Both the position numbers and the translations under genes were made by a program. Under the pieces are notes generated by a model, which was not told the DNA's origin, searched no databases, and saw only the letters and a list, made by a program, of their open reading frames with translations. This document shows positions 11,830 through 23,900 of a stretch of 64,000 nucleotides of DNA, piece after piece; position 1 is the first letter of the stretch; every line of letters begins with the position of its first letter. The stretch lies in assembly GCA_000708835.1 (NCBI GenBank), contig DF236990.1:186001-250000 (forward strand), written 5' to 3'. Origin of the DNA: Klebsormidium nitens. Lineage: Eukaryota; Plantae; Klebsormidiophyceae.

Positions 11830-14800
11830 CGAAGATCAGCCGGGGCATGCATAGACGAGAAACAAATCATGCCCAGTCACCGAATCTAGCCGTTTATGAT
11901 GACAAGGAACAAGAGCAGCTTTTCGCATGCGCAGAGTACCGCGAGGATCAATGCGAACCGTACCAAAAGCAATTTGTAGAGGTAAGGGAGATTTAACATT
12001 TGTACGTACTAGGTCCCCAGAAAGCATATGGCGTCAAACCAAACACGTGGTGGCGCGGACGGCCAGCAAGCAAGGCCACACGATATCGATCACGGCCAAC
12101 ATTTGACCGACGAAACGCACTTTAATTTTTGTGAAGCTGATAGGAAGCAAAATGAAGACCGACATAGTACAGCGGGCCAAGAGAAGAGGAAAAAACGCAG
12201 TCCACGGAGGGGCCTGCTTAATAGGGCCTTGCACTGTATGGTGCAGCTATTTTGGGGAAGCTGGGAAGCTCGTGCGGAATGAATGCTCCGTCTCCGTTTA
12301 TGGCGAAGTACGTGGGCGGCCTTGCAGATGTTGCCGCAAGAAGTCGTCGGGCGGAACAAGCCGAGAGACCTCGGACACCATTTCCGAAAAACGAAAAGCA
12401 GCCCGGAATTGCCAGCCGCTAAATAGGGAGTGGCCTCAGGACCTCCGGGTAAAAGTGCTGTCCATACAAACTAATATCGAACGGACAGCATCAGGCGGTG
12501 CCATCAAAGCCACTGGCAGATTTAGCATTACAGCTGACGCAAAGCGACACGGGTCTAAAAGAAAAAGCGCTAAGTCTAGAACGAAACTTCAACAACAGGA
12601 GACCGAAAGTGCGGGATCCAAGTTTCCTTGAGACGTTACGAAAAGATAAGCGTGAGCGCCATACCCGCGAGTCCAAAGCGGAGAGATGCAGTGCATGAGG
12701 CATCTCCTACGACAACTTTGAGCAGCAGAGACACAGAAAAATGGGGACCCAGAAGAAGATCGGAGCAAGATCGGAACTAGAACGGGCACGGCGAAATTAA
12801 GGCGCCAAGGTGGTGCGCCATTATAACTTAATTAAGCGCACTGGTGTCGAGCCCAAAAGAGAGTTCGGGGGCGGGTAGGGAAGTCGCACAAGACAACTCA
12901 AAAGTCGAGGACCTTTCTCCAATTCAAATGAAGGAGCGAAAGAGACGACTGGTGCGGCCCGTGGGACCGCCCCTTCTGTTGCGCAAGTGCACACCGGTGG
13001 TTCGGCACCCCTCGCTCACTAGTCATGCACCCTAAAGCTCAACTGATTTGACGTAAGCAGGGGTCTCAATTGAAGTTTGACTCTGCCAGGAAGCCGACGA
13101 AATTTGTGCACGGCGTCACAAAGGTCCAACACCAGGGAGGCATCTCGGCAAAAATAGAGGTGCCAGCAATTGCTCATGGCCAGTCACTCGGCAGTCTCTA
13201 GAGAAGGTTAAAGAGGACCTTTTCTATAATTAATAATGCTAAGATTGCGAGCTGATTCGAACACGGTACGTAAAAGACTGTACAAGAATGTTAGACTATT
13301 GTGATGATTGCGGTTGAGCGACACCGACGTCGGCAATGAAGCAGACACTTGAACGATATTAGCAAAGAATCGTTTCCGTGTTCGTCAGTTTCCCGCCTCC
13401 CATTTTGATGGCATGGGGGTCATCTGCAGGTTCATCCGCCTTTGGGAGCAACCCGCGTGACTTTCCAGAATCCTTGCCAGCTGCAAAAGCGACTCGTCAA
13501 AACGAACAGGCAAAAGCGAAAGACCTCAGCCGTCCTTGTTAGATACATGAAGAGGTTTTCCATAGGCATGGAAATAGAGCCGATCGCGCTGGCTTTGTGT
13601 AGACTGAAGTAACAGAAAAGGCACCGCGTTATTCCGAGGCCTTGTCTGCGGTTCTGGAAAGCCTCATTAGAACGCAAGCAGGTCAAAGCAACCGGCGGAG
13701 CATGCACAGACGAGAATCAAGATCGTGTCCAGTAGGTTCAAGCCTACCATACTTTGTTTTGACAGGGAACAAGAGCTTGTATGCGCAGAACACGAGGCAA
13801 TCGAAGTGAAAAGGCGGCAATTGGAAGAGCTATGGCTTGAAGTTTGTCAGATATAGTTTTAGAAAGCATGGCGTCAGAGGCTCCGCCAACCACATGGTGG
13901 CCCGGATTACGGCCAGCAAGCAAGGTCGCATGTTATCACGGCCAACATCTGACCGACGAAACGTACTCTGTGAAACAGATTGATAGCAAATTTAGAATCG
14001 ACATAGCACATCGAGTTGGGCAATAGGGGAGGAAAATAGAGTCCACTGATGCGCCTGAATTCTAAAGAGCCTTCTCATGAGCGAAAATTCTGCAGTTGCT
14101 TGGGGAAGCTCGTGCGATAACAATCTAAATGCATCATCTCCGGTTATTACGGCGAAGTATGTGGGCGGTCTTGCAACTTTCGCCGACAAGTCTTCGGACG
14201 CAACAAGCGCGCCCAGAGACCGTCGGACACCACTTCCGAAAAACAGAAAAAGGGACCCGGGATTCTTAGCCGCCATTGTGAGGACAGCTCGAACATGTCG
14301 TACAAATACTTTTCCAACGGACAGCGTCAGCGGTGCCATTAAAGCTACTGGCACTTCGTAGCCATTTGAACAACCTCACGCCTGACCTAAAGCAACACGG
14401 GATTCGATGAAGAAACTCTAAGCTTAGAAACGAAACTTCAGCAACTGGAGACCGAAGATGCCGCATCCAGGTTCCTTGACACGTCCCAGTGTTATAAGCG
14501 TGAGCACCGCACCGGCGAGTCCAAAGCGTAGGATGTGCACACGGAGGAGATGCCTACACGTAACAGCAGCAGAAACACAGAAAGAATGGACACCCTGAAG
14601 GAGGGGGAGCAGATCGGAACTAGAACGGGCACACAAAAAGGTGCCAAGCTGGTACGTGCGCCCTTCAAAAAAGCACTGGTGCTGTACTGTCGAGCCACGA
14701 GAAGGATTCGGGGGAACGGAACTCGCACAAGACAACACAGAATCTGAGAACTTTTCTCCAATTCATATGACAGAGCAAAAGAGACGTCTGATACGACCCG

Positions 14801-15200
14801 TGAGACCGCCCCTTCTAGCGCTTAACTGCACACCAATGATCGATACCCCTATGTTCGGACCCAAAAATTCAAGAACCGATGGAGCCGGCCGCAAACCAGG
14901 CATGCGTGCTTCTTCGCTCACAACCTGGGTAGTGATTATGGTGAATTGTAGCAGCTGCTGATTGGCCTCAGCTTCTAAGGTTGGTCGTTAACACTCCTAG
15001 CTGACCCGTAGTGGCATCATCAACGTGATCTCGGGAAGAGAGCTCCTCTCAGCACCGGGCCAGAGATGGTCACGTTTCAATCATGGCCACATTTTCGGCA
15101 ATGTTCGAATGGTCTGTGCAAAACAAGATGCGCCGTGATGCAATTTACCCTTTATCAGTGTTGGCCTCACCGCTTTCATGTGGAGTTCAGGCTGGCACTT
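11830..15200. repeat. Tandem duplication of a ~1.85-kb unit (~11830-13690 and ~13690-15200), with a further partial copy at ~18500-19450
   Basis: Collinear matches: GCATGCA.AGACGAGAA (11847/13699); TGGCGTCA...CGGCCAGCAAGCAAGG...ATCACGGCCAACAT.TGACCGACGAAACG (12029/13869); GGGAAGCTCGTGCG; ATAAGCGTGAGC; GCGAGTCCAAAGCG; GATCGGAACTAGAACGGGCAC (12772/14611); TCGCACAAGACAAC; TTCTCCAATTCA. GCCGATCGCGCTG at 13580 and 18825 links the third copy. Confidence 0.85.
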
Positions 15201-17656
15201 GTTAAAGGATTTTTGCCAGCCAAGAATTGATTGCGAGCAAACGGTTAGCCGTACGTCGGTAACAAAGACGGCCGCACTGGAAGAGGCGTAGAATCCAGCC
15301 GCAAAGAAGGAGCAAGAATAAGTTGAATGAAAACGATGATCCTGCGATGTCTTGCTACCATCGAATAGAACGACAGAATTACCGGAAACAAAAGAAAAGA
15401 CAAAAGAATTCAGATACTATGCTTATGGGCGCATTTAGCGACGTGGGAAGTGAAACGTACCACTGGTTCACCCATGAAGCCAGTGTCAAAACATTGACAG
15501 AACTCGCTAGCTATTCACTAATTGCCCCAATGCCGGTATACGGCCGGGCAGTCTTGGTATTCCAGCTCATGATGAGATCGGATCATCGATCCCGGTGTGC
15601 CTAGACAGTCATGACCGGCTTCTATCCTTGTTCTTTGGAATAGTTGAAGATCATGGAACGCTACTGCAGGGAAGACTAGGTAGCATGCTGCAGGATGTGG
15701 ACTTCGGAGTCTGACTAAAACTGGTGCAAGTGCTCAACGTGGATTCACACAAATCTCTGAACGTCCTACCAAGGCTCCTAGTCCAACGAGAAAGTCGCAC
15801 AAGTTCCACGAGGCAAGTGGAGAAATGCAACAGGTATTGCACCGTCTGCCACTGCATTCTTTGTTAGATTGGACTACGTTGACAGTCAAACAGATCAGCT
15901 GTCTATTCTTCAAAGACGTCTCTTAAGGTTTGGCGTCAGACATCTTGAGGCGCCAGCGAACATGGTCAACCGGCATCACGGCCCGTCTTTTGGCGAACAT
16001 CAGACGGCAGGACAGATATGTAGAAGATGCCGAGTCTGCGGACACAAAGATCTTCGTAGAGATTCTACGACTCAAGAGACAAGCCCTTGGATCAAAGATG
16101 CTAAAACTACTATTGATTGGCAAGAACTCAGGCTACCAACAAGTATCAGCAGACGAGCAGTTCCTCACGTTTCATGTTGTCTTCAAACTGATTCATGCGA
16201 TACGATATGATCTGGCGTCACACAAAATTCCTCCTTGGGCTCGACGTACCCATGTGACTTTCCAGATTCCTTGCCAGCCTTAGAAATGAAAGGCAATCAA
16301 ACGGCGTAGAGACGATTTCCGATTTATTTCTCAGGTACGAGGTAAAGGGTCCAGCTTATAAGCAGATATTGAAGCTCAATGGGCTGAATTCGATCAGTGG
16401 ACCTGATAGAGAACAAAAATTTGGGAAGACGGCTCCGTTTCTCACAAAGGCGTATCGGCAGGTCCAGGAGACCCTGGCAACACCCAAAAGAGAGACAGAC
16501 GCTGACCAGTGCGCCTCGAAGAAGAAGCAGACACGAGCAAGGCTCAACTGAGAAGCAGGAGCGACTGATGATCAGATATATCAAGCCTGCCAGGAGCGCG
16601 CCCATCATTTTCACAGTGTCGCCCCAACACGAGTAACATTCATTGACAAAGGAGATGCGAAACTTTCGCAAATCAAGGACACAGTACAAAGAATCGAGAA
16701 CCGTCCACTCAAGCCGAATAGGATTGAACTTTGTGACTCAGGCCCGCAAGGAGCCCCGCTAATCAGAGGAGTTGGCAAAGTGTAAATTGAAGGGCTTCTT
16801 CCAATGGGTCATGCTAAACCAGGCTCAAGGCCGGTTCTGCAGTGACTGACTTGGACGATCACAGCCGACGCCCCTCGACTCATGTGATTCCGAAAGTCGT
16901 GCAGGACGGTGCCATCATAGGGGCGTTTTAAAAGGCATGTACATATCAATTCGTCTCTGTTTTAGGACTGATTTCGCTGCTAAGATTGCGCGCATGTACA
17001 AGCTAGCCGACTGAATAGAAACATCTTTGCCTCCGGCATCGGTGGAAGTCCGAGTCCTGCCGCCTGGGCGACAACCCACTTTTCCATTGCATCCTTGCCG
17101 GTCAATGGAAGACGAGCAGACCTGTAATCAGGCCACTCGTGCAACCTCTTAGAAAAGAACCGCCGCGATGATCGCCCCGTTAAAGCAGCCAAAACCAAGA
17201 CGTTTCGGCTTCTCGAATCTAACAAAAAATTGGTACAAGTAGGATCCATTAACCACCCGCTCTTGGCTGTTGTCTGATTTGCGCAAGCTTTCTGGAATGA
17301 CGAAGAAAGTCGTTCGGCTCCTGGCATCAGCACGCTCGACCCTTACGTGGGCCCCAGCCCACCAATCGTTTCCGCCCTGCCAGTTAGTAAAAGACAACTT
17401 CTTAGCGGTGAAAGCCGGAAAAGGTGTGATTACCAGCTGAATACCAGCCTTGCCCGCCACTCACGGTCTTCTCTGTTACAGGGCTTCCAACTTGTCCACG
17501 TTTGGATCAGATTAAAAAAAGATAATGGACTTCCGGTAGACGCTTGCACATGATGCAGCATACCGAGAAGGCCCAATTTTCAAACGCGCGAGCCGTCTGC
17601 CGTCTTGACAGAACCCGTCGAAAGGAGAACTTGGACTCCATTTATCCATTAATTCT

Positions 17657-17911
17657 AGACCCCAACACCGGTTGGAACCCCCAGTACGCAGGCCTGGGTC
17701 CAGGGAAGCCACGCGTGACTTGCGGAACCCCACAGTACAACGTAGCCTCGAGGTCCTCTTGACTGATCAACCGAGGGCTTGAGCAGACCTCCAATGCAGA
17801 TGCCATGTTACCATGACACTTCCACCGGTCACCCGCGGAAGTGGTCGGGGACTCAAACATAACCACTTACTTTATTTGTGCAGCGCGGAGTACCAACCGG
17901 TGTGGGGGTCT
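17657..17911. mobile_element. Possible small TIR element remnant (255 bp)
   Basis: AGACCCCAACACCGGTTGGAACCCC (17657-17681) matches the reverse complement of 17887-17911 at 22/25. No TSD found. A 21-bp palindrome CGGACTGCAA-A-TTGCAGTCCG follows directly at 17912-17932. Confidence 0.4.
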
Positions 17912-20900
17912 CGGACTGCAAATTGCAGTCCGCGTTCTCCTTCCATCCGAGGCTTACAGACGGCGGCAGATGTTGCTTTGCCGCATAAGCGCCTCAAATA
18001 CAGCACCATCTGATTCGAGTCCAAGAGTCTCTAAGGCATCCTTGCGCAAGCGTAGCAAGCTTCTTTTTCTGTTTGCAGAACTCCTTAAAGAGGAGGGCAA
18101 AGGTAAAGTACATGCCAGTAGATACAAGCAAAGCGTAAGCGGCAGATTGGTGAGGAAGGGAAAGTACTACCTCCAGTTCCGGGTGGAAAACGGAATCTCG
18201 ATACAAAAACTGCCTCTTCAAACGCCGACAAGATTTCGCATTCAAGTTTGAACTCGTAATTATCGAAGCGAGAAGAAGCAAAAAGCACGTCATGCCAGCG
18301 TGGTTCGGGTCATTCGGCTGCAAACACACGGAGACCCTTCGTTTGATGCGTGCTAAAACGGATGGGTCTTGCAGTCAATCTGATGCTTGACTGAAACAAG
18401 TCTGCCAGCAAGCAAGTACTTGCCTTCAACAACTATGTAATGATTCTTTAGCGAGGGCAACAGTGGCGCTTTAATCAAAAAGGCTGCGCAACTAATCAGC
18501 TTCTTTTGAGCAACCCGCGCGCCTTTTCCAGTGTCCCCCTGGTGTTCAGTCGTCTGCTAATTGGTACCTGCAGACAAGTACTGTCTCGCTGTCCGACCTG
18601 ACGCCAACCCTGGCAAATTTACACCTTCACGAATTCTACTATCGAACTCTTCCGGATGAAAACCGGCATCAATCCCCCTCCTGATCTTGGGCACAGCCCG
18701 AGTTGTTTCTGAGAATCCTCGCCAGCCTCAGAAAAGACGTGCGAAACAATTAACGGCCCAAACGCAAACCACACAGCCGACCTTGAAGCCAAGGAAAAAG
18801 TCAACCCGCACGGAAGAGACCAGTGCCGATCGCGCTGCGCTGGCTTCGTCGAGTGGAGGATACAAGAGAATGTTTCCGAGGTAAACGAAGAAATGGCAGG
18901 AGCGCAGAGCAACCTGAACGGAGGTTGGACCAGACACCAATTGCAATTGTGCTGAAACTTTTTATCAATCCAAGAGCTTGCACACATGCACGAAGATGAA
19001 GCAGTCCGTCCTCGACCAGAACTAGCTTGCAAGTCCGTTGAGAACTATGTGTCCTCAAGAACCATGGCGTCAGAGAGGTCAACCTCAACTTGTCCTGGCC
19101 AGATTGCCAGCAAGCAAGCGCAAGTGCTATCACAGCCAATACTGAGCATCCAACCGCAGTCTGAGAAGCCAAAGGAAATGGGGCTGAAATTGACGTTGCG
19201 GAGGGGGACCGATAACCGAGAAAGGCGCCTCTGTTTCAAGAAGACCTTATGGAGAAACTTGAGATGCATGTGCATATCAAGCTCCCTTGAAAACAAACGC
19301 GCCACTGGCCCCCGTGTTGCTCACCGAGGAACACAAAGGCGCCCAAAAGCGCGAATGAAAGATCGAAGCACGGACTTCCAAGGAGCCCAGATGCTCAAGA
19401 AAACACGTATTGGTCCAGAAATCTGTGCCGCTAACCAGTAGGTAGCGTCAGATGAGGAGATTATGATGTTCGTAGATTATGGCACTAACGAACCAGCGCC
19501 GGACACCTTCACAGCCAGCAGCTTAGCGCTGCAGGCCCAGCGGCTAACTAGGCGGTGAGAAAACAACAAGAAAAGCTGCGGGTTTTTGGAAGCAAGCTGA
19601 AGCCCGCAACTTTGGAGTAGAGAGGGCAACGAATCGCTTCTCTATATATCTATGAAGTGGTGGCACATGAAACCTCAGAACTTCGTTCGTGCTTCCTGAA
19701 AAGAAGAGCCGAGGCCCCATAAGGCCTGATGGGAGCCGTCAAATAGAGGCAGACGAACCATCGTCTCAAAAGAAGAAGCGGATAATGACAGACAAGTAAA
19801 CAAGGAGCAGGAGACCTTTTGTCGTAAACGTACATTGAATTTGCTGGGCCCCGCCAACAGGAAAGGGCGTGTAGAATCAGGAACTGCACAGGACTGAGCC
19901 AGAATGAGATTCAGTAGATGTTAAAACAATGACAACCGGTTCCACTTATGAGAACGCCTTTTCAACCGGGTAGAGAGAGCGAACCTCTAGCGCTCCACGT
20001 GTCCTTCCAGCGTTTGGAACGTCAAGTGCCTCCGTCGTCAGTCCAATGCTTGGACCAAGCCAACGCTTATGGCAGCTTATCTCAGAGCCACGATTGAACG
20101 GTTTAGAAGCTGGCACTTGTTCGTAAAAGAAAGGGAACAATCAAGACTCGGAAAGCAGACTCGGAGCTACAGAAGTTTGAAGTTCTTTGGAGATTGCATC
20201 TTGGGCCGGATAGGTGACGCGACAATTGAAGCAAGCATCCCGGGAGATTTCATGTGATATGACGGCAGCCAGAAAAAGTAGTCAACAAAGTAGGGTACTA
20301 GTCTCGGACTCACGAAAGCATCATATACTTTGGCATCAGACACACAATAACTTACAACAATTGGGCCAATCCCAGTTGCTTCAGACATCTTTGCCGACTC
20401 CTACACTGATAGCCTAAGTACAATCAGAGCCGCGATGAAAAACGAGCAAAGTTTTAAGGCAGGTCAAGGTAGCAGAGCAAGCCGGTCACACCGGCCCGTA
20501 AGGCTGCACAACCGTGAACGTCAAAAAGGAAGGAATTGACAATAAATCTCTGCGCTTGCGACTACTTGATACACTACACGAGGAACTAAGGTGCACATAT
20601 CATCTAGCCCGCGGCCCTGAAATTGGGCATGCACAGAATCAGATCTACGAACAGGAACTTGACAACGACACCTTGATGGCAGCACTTTTTGTTGGTTTCG
20701 AGATTCAAATGTAAATCTTACGGCAGCAAATCGACACAGGGTGGCATCGTCCACGCGGCGAGGGAAACGGTCTTCTTGGGACACCCTGCCAAAGATTAAA
20801 ACTCGTGGCATTCATAGCCAGTTTTCGAACCGTATATGCATCCGAGTCAGCAGGCTTCTCGCCCTGCTTGTGCCATTAAAGTCCGGCCGGCCAACTGCAA

Positions 20901-23900
20901 GATTCGCAGGCCAAGCACATAATTGCGTATTCGACGGAAGGCTGTTCAGGAGCTCGAACCAACCGTCAGTGTCTGATGAGCTTTACAATTTCGGATTTAA
21001 GCAAGAATCATGTGTAAATTGTCTGCCATCCAAAGGTTCGACACCTACTTTAACTTCGCCCGTGTTAGAGCATAAACATCATTGCCGAGAATGTCGTTGT
21101 ACAGCATTTGGCTCACGAAAGGGTCGCAAACGATTTAAATCACACCACAGCGGCACTGGCATGTGCCAGGGAGAAGCATGCAGATCCAAACTGCCAGTCA
21201 AGCCTGGCGACTGTGTCAAACGGTAAGCTGTCGAGCGGTCAGATTGTTTATTGTAAACAGCAGAGATTCTGATTTACCAGTCAAACACCTTCGTGGTGGC
21301 ATCAACAGGAAGACGAGGTTATCAGTGGATCATTACGACCCACTTGTCGTTCGAGGATCTTTGCCAGTCTTTTGTTAAGCAAGAGCACACGGCCATCCTT
21401 CGCCTACTAAGATACCGCTAACAAGATTGCCCAGTTATGGAAGCGACGCAGAAGTCATCTAGAAAGCTGGCAAAAGATAGAGGTTAAAGTCGCCTAGAAT
21501 TATCTAATACGTGCCAACGGTGGCTTAGAAACGCTTCAAGAGCGCTAAAGGTGCATGAAAAGAAACAACTGATCCTCCCCCTTCGTAACCGATCTCACGT
21601 CTTTGAATGCAACGAGTGTTTTCCGCTCTCAACAGACCGACTCGGACTTCGATATAAGCACTTTCAAAGTGGACGCTTGGCAGTATTCTCGGCAAAGGCT
21701 TCACAACCGACAGGATCAAGAATCTAACATCACCGGGACAAATAGTGGTGGAGCCCATGGGCGTAGAACGGCTTTCTCGCCGAGTCCAGAGGCAGCAAAC
21801 ACTGGGAAAGGATAGCAATGCGCCTTTTGATATTGTGTCACACAGCTACACCATACCGAGCATTAGAACAAAGAAATACACAGCCGAAATGAACGCAAGG
21901 TCAGTCGCAGCTTGCCGGCAGTGCTGCCTCACAAAGTGCAAAGGAAATCAATACACGAGCGTATACAATCACTCGCTTCTCTGCGTACAAGTGATAAAGT
22001 GAAAAGGCTGGAAGCGACCCGTGTCGCCAGACGAACCGAGAAAAAACAATTACCGCTCGAGACCACTTGTACAATTTAGCGGCACATGCAGCCCACCAAT
22101 TTTGCTACTATAAGGTACAAAAGAATCAAAACAAAATCCGAGTGATACTTACGAAGCACTCCTAGGCGCCAAGTTGCGAAAACGATTGTCTGGAAGTTTG
22201 CAATGATAGCAAATGAAACAAAAATCGGCTTTCAAGATGTCGTTCTTGCGGCGTCAGGTGCGAACCCTTCCTCCTGTCCCTGGGCTTCGCCCAACTCGTA
22301 AGCGTTCAACATCGTTGCCAAAGATAGCTTTCATAGAGAAAAGAGTAGCAGACAGAATCTGGACGACGATAAAGGAAGCGCTGCAAATCAAAATTTTCAG
22401 AAGGTATGTGGGGCTCAATAACGTGTCGGTGTCCGACTGGCAGTGATGGTGAGACACTGCAGACTCGTTGGAAGCAGGAATGGAGAAGGCACGGAAAACC
22501 TCAAGACGAGAGTCGAGCAGAAAATACTCAACAATCATGGCTTCTGCATCAGCACGACTTTGCGCAGCCAACTCAAAATTCAAAACGTACGCAAATCAAT
22601 CCGCGCCAAAGACCAGGTGGATGAACCAAACCCCGTGGAGGGCGGAAAGCGGCACGAAAATCACACCCAGCATACACTGCATCGCGGCTTGTTTTTTCCA
22701 GAGCAGAGCAACCTCGTAATCAGACACGTACTTGGGCTGTACAGCTGGTGGCACAGCACGACGTCACGAATGTTCTTGCCTTCCATACCCAACTAGAAAC
22801 GACGAGGGCTGACGTGTCAGGTTGGTGAGTGCCGTGACCGCTGACTAGAAACCAATTTGTGAAACAGAGCGCCGGTCAGGCTTCGCTGAAGAAGACTGCT
22901 GTGCGGACCATTTTTTCAGCAATTCAAGCAGAGCCAACCGGCGGCCGCCTGATCGCGAGACCACCTGATCGCGTGCGTGCTTTTTTGTATTTCATGCGCC
23001 GCGCAAATATAGGGGCAAAGAGCTTCACGGGTTAGCGCGAGCTGCGTTTGTGCTCTCAGTCCTCGCACCGGTTAGCTGGTAGCTGAGGGCGTCTTCGGAA
23101 TTTTCCGTGCACGAGTCAAAGAAAGCTCAAAGTGGGCGTCGTGAGACCCCGGAATGTCTGACGTCACAAAGTGACAGTATGGGAGCGCGGCTTTCAGATT
23201 ATCTGTTGTCGAAAAGTTGGTGTCAGAGTTCGTGCCCCGAGCATTGGGCCCTGCTAAAAGTGGCCGGGTGATGACGTCACTTAGACGACGCCCTCCTTAA
23301 CTAGCGGCATAGTGCCTGCAACATGCCTAAACGCTCTAGCTAGCTTCAGCTGCATGCATGTTTCTGGGTGAACCGAAACCGAAGTTCAGCTCTTGGCATC
23401 CTGGCTCGCTTAGGAGCATGAAAGCTTAGGCACTTGGAAGCATACGCAAAATGCCAAAACCTGTAACAAGGTCAAGCCGGAACCATGCACCAACTTATCT
23501 ACAAAGCGCTCGTAGGGCGTCAAGTGTAGCACATTCACTTTTGAGCAGAGCCCATATTCGTAGATCCTCACCAGCGATAACGAAAGAGAACTAGTGGATC
23601 GAAGCAGAAAGTCGCATGCAAAGGACCGTAAAATGAGCACAGCAGCCTGAAATTAAGAAGCGGCACACTAGCGCCTTGACATCCCGTTCGAGTGCCTTAG
23701 CATCCGCTGAATCGGAGATCTGAGTGGGCCCGGAACCCACGTTTTAGCTCTTGGCATCCCGGCTGTTTCGAGAGCCGCAGCACCACCCGGACCTCGAAGA
23801 AAAGCGCCTCCAGAAACCAAAATCAGATTACGCGGTAAGCTGAACTTTTTTGGGCACCGGCCAGGCACCAGATTCTTTCCGTGGCATTGTCGGGCGTCAC

